A stretch of 64,000 nucleotides of DNA, from positions 206,770,001 through 206,834,000 of the forward strand of contig OZ024741.1 in the NCBI GenBank assembly GCA_964016885.1, written 5' to 3'. A program made the translations under genes and the position numbers. The DNA comes from Eledone cirrhosa (lineage: Eukaryota). The notes beneath the pieces are model-generated. The model saw nothing but the letters and a program-made list of their open reading frames with translations. It was not told where the DNA came from and made no database searches. Below, piece by piece: positions 58,747 to 64,000 of the stretch (position 1 is its first letter; every line of letters starts with the position of its first letter).

Positions 58747-60215
58747 TTATTGTATAGTACATGCAACAGATTTTGATGAGAGTACATTTTCTGATAACAC
58801 TATAACACTCAATATAGAATTCCACTCAGATCAGAGCTAGTAACTCTGGAGGTTTCACTAATAGCAAAATGTACACAAAGAAATAACATAGATACAGCAT
58901 ACACGAAACCAATTATAATAGACATGCTTCGCTTGTTGAGAAATATTAAATCAGACGTCCATGATATCCTACCTCTCCCATTATTCTTCGCAACTCTTCC
59001 TAAGCACGTGACGAATATGACACTAAGTATGGCCATTCTGATTCTGAAGATGAGTGTGTGAAATCCGTAAAACGTTAATATATATATATATGTGGGCTTA
59101 GGAAGTTTATTATTCCAAACTCGGCATAAAGACCTATGGCAAATCCTTAATAAAAATGATCCCCCTGTGACACAGTCGGGTTTTCAGTATAACAAGTTGG
59201 ACAAAGAAAAGTTATGTGTGCAGGTGTGTTTACACTTGTGTAAGTGAGTGTAAGTGTGTGCATTAATTTACTCATAAGAATACATTAAAATCCCAAACTT
59301 AAAGAGAGTATTCAATGCAGATTGAAACAATAGAGTATTCTAATTTATTTACATTACCTGAATGCTACGAACAATTAAGAAATTAATAACGCAAAAAAAG
59401 AAAAATTAATTTCACATTGAAATATTATAGGTGTTGTTAAAAAGGAAAAAACAGTTGCTATTGAAAATACATGTTAGAAATTGGAGGCAACATTTTTGAA
59501 ATGACTCCTTTAGGAGTCATTTCAAAAAGTGTGATGATAAAATTGTATAATTTGTATATCTATAAACTAGTATTTGTGAAGCACGATAGAGTGGATGTAA
59601 GAATAATAATTCTATAACAAAGAATTTAACAAGGTTATATTTCATGACAAATATGTATATAAGATTTAAGATGGGCGGTGACAATTAAATGTAATTAAAG
59701 ATATAATTATATAAACATCAGAGGTATTCAGTAAAACGGAGAGCAAGAGAAGTATAAATAAACTCTTTTTGAGCCGAAAGACAAAACTTTAATCTGAGTG
59801 GAAATATAATTATATACAAATTGAATCGTAATCAAGTCCCATAGAGATACAAAAATAAAGGTTGCCTCTGACTAGAGTTTGAAGAGGTCCAATGAAAGCA
59901 GAAATAAACTTAATTTTACACAAACTAAATATAGATACTTAGATAATCGTAACTTAAATTCGTAATTTATCATCTGCACTAAATCCCGTGACTATAAGTG
60001 TTGATCATAGTTTTTTCATCTCCCAATGCCACCCATTTAAAGCTATTACTTAGTTCTCTACAATCTACTGATATAATCAACCTTTAGTATATTACTAGCA
60101 GAATTTTTTTCCGTGCGAAGAAAATCAATACTTTATCGCGAAATAAATACTTTTGTTTATATTTTGTTATTGTGTATGCAAAAATATCTGTACACGAATA
60201 TATAATTATATATAT

Positions 60216-60274
60216 ATTTTAGTTTCAGAAGATCCCGTTAAGGGTGAAAGCAGCGATATAACTTTAATCTGTTA

Positions 60275-60346
<72 letters not shown>

Positions 60347-60405
60347 TAACAGATTAAAGTTATATCGCTGCTTTCACCCTTAACGGGATCTTCTGAAACT
60401 AAAAT
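60216..60405. repeat. Perfect palindrome centred on (TA)30; arms belong to the 45050-45115 family
   Basis: Arms 60216-60280 and 60341-60405. Confidence 0.9.
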
Positions 60406-60659
60406 AAAAAAAATCAATCTGTGAACGCAGAAGTAAATATTTCGAAAGACGTTACACCCTATATATATATATACACACACTATACATACATATATACACA
60501 CACACCCCCACACACACAGCTACGTCATAATGACGTGATGCAGACAAGCAGGCATACAGACAAATATTATAAGGGTGCAACGTTATATCTATGTATCTAT
60601 CTAAAATGAGAAAGACTAAGAGTTATAGAAAGAGATCGATAAATCGCCTAATGCGATCT

Positions 60660-60772
60660 CTAGGGCATTGAAAATTTAAAATTCTTTTCTTAAAACAGTC
60701 ACAGGCCCATAAGCATTACATGTGTTAAGTTTGAAAAAACTCAGTTGGGTGTTTCTCGTCTTTTGGTGATTG

Positions 60773-60832
<60 letters not shown>

Positions 60833-60855
60833 TTCTCTGTTTTAGATATATAGAT
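60660..60855 (-). mobile_element. Helitron-like 5' end with (TGTC)n
   Basis: Minus strand ATCTATATATCTAAAACAGAGAATGTCTGTCTGTC. Confidence 0.55.
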
Positions 60856-61303
60856 TTGTTGGTCTACAGTTAGATGAATGGCGCACAAAGGGTTAATGTT
60901 TATTGACAAGAAGTTTTTTGATTAATAAAAGACGGGTTAAAGCGACCTACAATGTATCATTCTGCATTGATGTTAGCGGTTTTCGTTATTTTCAATGGGG
61001 TTTTTGGACGGCAAATTCGCGACCCTTCTGTTTCTCCCTCAATAAACTGACTACTGCGGATGGTAATGGAAGTCCTATGTAACAGCAGTACCATTGACAT
61101 TGCTTACAACGTGTGAATCTGCGAAGGATATAGCAGTGGCCGTTTGATGTAGAGGAAAACTATGGAAGGTTTCATCCGAGCTCTTTCTGGTCATTCCTTC
61201 TGCCTGTGGTTGTTTCTGAATTCCTGACTTATACCTGATTGAAGGAAGGATGGTAATATGAAGGTGTAAATTCGAAATTGTATAGGGGCAGTAGTATAAA
61301 ACC

Positions 61304-64000
61304 TTAACTTGAGTTAGTCCGTTTGAGCACACATGGCATCTTGGCGTAAAACCTCTTGGTAGACAATGTACTTTGTTTTCCCTCGTGGAGTGTACGAGAA
61401 AAAACTTCTTTGCTCCCCACTCTGGAGCAGCCTACGTGTAGTTGACCGTGTGAGAAGCATGATTCTACCAAGTGAAGTCCTGCCACAGAAAGTGTCTGCC
61501 CCTGGGACTTGTTGTTAGACATGGCAAAACTTATGCGAAGCTGAAATTGAAGGCGTGTGAAGGTAAACGAAATTTCTTCACCTGATGGAATGAGTGGTAT
61601 TCTGGGAACGAACATATCCTCTCCTTTTCCACACCCTGAAATAATGGTGGCTTCAACGACGTGCTTCATTACCTTCTTTATAACCAGACGTGTGCCGTTG
61701 CAAAGTTTTGGAGGGTCCAAATTCCTAAGAAGCATTATTGGAGTTCCAGTTTTTAGTCCCAGTCTATGAGGAGGCGGTCCAGGAGGTTCTAGCGAATTGA
61801 GGAATTCAACAGGGTAGTTTACCGCTTTGTCTTGTTCGGGGACTGTATCGACGGACTTGTAAATATGCAGCCTTCCGGGAAGAGATTGCAACAGTTGCTC
61901 GTTGATAGTGTTCACTGGGCTGTTTTTTTTAGCTAAAATAGCTCTTTCGCATAACCAATTCACATCTTGGTAGTTATCAGGAAGACTGGGAAACACGAGA
62001 CTTGAGGTCCTCGACTGTGTTGACAGTGGTACAAATGGGACTGAGTGACAATTCGCCATCTCCACCGAGGGTGATCTTGCCATCGCCAAGTGACAAAATA
62101 TCCGAACCAAACTCTGCTGCCAGTTAGTCGCCGTGCAGTTGGGCTCTCATGTTAGTTGTCAGGGTCAACGTTGTTACCTATTGCCACAACGGAGAGGACT
62201 TGAGGCACGCCCGGACTTCATCTGCCCTGGTTCCCTTTGGAATAACGGGAAGGGTCTGTCGGAAGGCGCCGGATAGGAGAAGGGTGACACCTCCAATCGC
62301 AGTCTGGCCGTCTCTGGTGTCTTGCAAAGTAGTGTCGATTGCTTCCAGAGCTCGTTTATGGGCTATGGTACATTCATCCCACACTATGAGCTGGCACCTT
62401 CGGAGAACCAGTCCCTTGTCCGAAGGTTTGATAATGTTTCAGGACGGTGTTTCGGATGTCACCAAGTTCAGGGGGAGCTTAAAGGCTGAGTGCGCTGTCC
62501 TACCGCCGGGTAACAAAGTTGCAGCAATACCAGAGGATACCACGGCTAACGCGATGTCCTTGTGCTGCCTCACTTTGGCTAGAAAAAGCTTAGTTAGAAA
62601 CGTTTTTCCTGTCCCTCCAGGTGTTTCTAGGAAGAAGATTCCTTCTTTCCGGTTTCGCACATGGTCGAAAATAGTGTTATAGGCCCACTGCTGTCACGGA
62701 AGGAGTTTTGGCTCTGTTTCATGGACGTATTGGGCAAGAACGTCAATATCATAGGCTGTTTCGCGAATGAGCTCTGTCGGAAGGTTATCCATCCATGTCC
62801 GTACTGGTTGTGGCAGCCCGTACGTTGGCAAAGTATTCACACCCAGTGAACCAGTCCTGTTTTCCACGTCAATAAAAGCACAGTTGTAGACGTCGTCACT
62901 GGCAGCATCAAGGCTAGGATACCGCAATTGTGCTTGGTTGTAAAGTCTTCCACCAGGGCATCTCTATACTTCAACCACAGAAAGACGGGATCTAAGACTT
63001 CGCAAATATGCAGAAGCACTGCAAAGAGAGCCCTGAGACTTTTCGGCGACTGTGAAACGGCAGCCTCCGCGTGCGTAGCATCCCCTTGTGCGCAGTCTTC
63101 TAACAGTCCATGTCCTAAGCAGGCCGCTCTAAAAGTAGCGCAAAGCCGACCGTTGACTGTTTTCAAATGTTGGTAAGATGTTGGTCCCCTAACCTCATGA
63201 CGTAGCAGACGAAGGTAGAAATACTCTTGTTGGCTTGGATGAACTGTGTAAACTCTCCCGAGGCAACTGTCAAATTTAATGGCAGGGTATCCATCAACGT
63301 TTTGACCCTTCTTCCTCCGTTTTCATTTCTTTTTTTCCCAGATGTAATAGGACGGCATCTGTGGATACAGCAAGGTTTAGGCGAATGGATCGACTTGACA
63401 AAGGTTAAAGAAGGCAGTGAGGGTAGTGTACTTCGGTTCCTCGACGAATCGAGCAGCAGTGGAAGTAGTTAAGTATACGGGTTGACCGTTTTCAAGGTGA
63501 ACAGTAAGATGTTGGATGGGTGGGTGCCTTTGATGCAAGCGGAAACCGAAAATGCGCCAGAAGGCCTCGTTACTGCTTATGTACCTACCCACTTGGTAGT
63601 GTGTAACTTCGTCCCGATTGCCGTCTTGCTGCAGGCCAAACAGAGCAGCCTCTGAGCCCTTATTGATGTACTTCCAGACATATTTGATGGACTTCACGGA
63701 GTTGCAAAACTCTACGTTGACGTTTGCGTTGAACGCCTTGGACAGAATAGGGCAGTACGGCACTATCCACCTGTTGTCTACTGCGTATGGCCCAATGTGC
63801 ACTGTAAACCCGCCATCTTCCGGCTTTCTTCGTCTGTACAGTGGGTATCCGTCTTTGCCGGTCTGGGTCTCTCGAAGAAAGTGCTTCTGAAATTTGTTGG
63901 TGCAAACCGAATCTCTCAAGCATGGTGAGTGTAGGTTAAATCCACGCCAGCATGGACCATGAACGATGTTTTCCCGCACTATGTCAAAGAGGTCTTTGTC
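61304..64000 (-). pseudogene. Helitron RepHel (Rep C-terminal region + Pif1 helicase), fragmented; continues beyond the window
   Basis: VHGPC, DGYPLYRRR, DNRWIVPY, NVEFCNSVKSIKY, GRYISSNEAFWRI; GGTGKT, GRTAHS, WDEC, LLRNLDPPKLCNGTRL, NKSQGQT, FSHGQL. Confidence 0.93.

Noticed and set aside
59493-59528. Short perfect hairpin (terminator-like)
   Set aside because: Isolated palindrome in eukaryotic AT-rich sequence with no context supporting a function

Overview
Eukaryotic, AT- and microsatellite-rich, transposon-saturated DNA with one N gap and no recognisable host gene. The repeat content suggests a coleoid cephalopod such as Octopus (inference). The window has three parts. (1) Bases 1-22.75 kb are one (TAA/TTA)n microsatellite split by a retrotransposon array: three head-to-tail R4/Dong-type RLE units on the minus strand abut, head-to-head, two head-to-tail Tx1-type APE elements on the plus strand. 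Every junction is a (TTA)n tract. (2) Bases 25-60 kb hold Penelope-like elements (PLEs) and non-coding derivatives inserted in (TA)n. Many are asymmetric fold-backs (arm + inverted arm + unpaired tail) carrying hammerhead ribozyme motifs; more than ten cores can be read by eye. Their tails share an AGYRCT motif about 21-26 nt past the arm end, and one 469-bp tandem hammerhead repeat resembles a retrozyme. A tRNA-derived SINE whose 3' end mirrors the Tx1 3' end occurs six times, and its tail is also embedded in the Dong leader. (3) Bases 61-64 kb are a decayed Helitron Rep/Pif1 helicase. All calls are by eye and coordinates may be off by a few bases.
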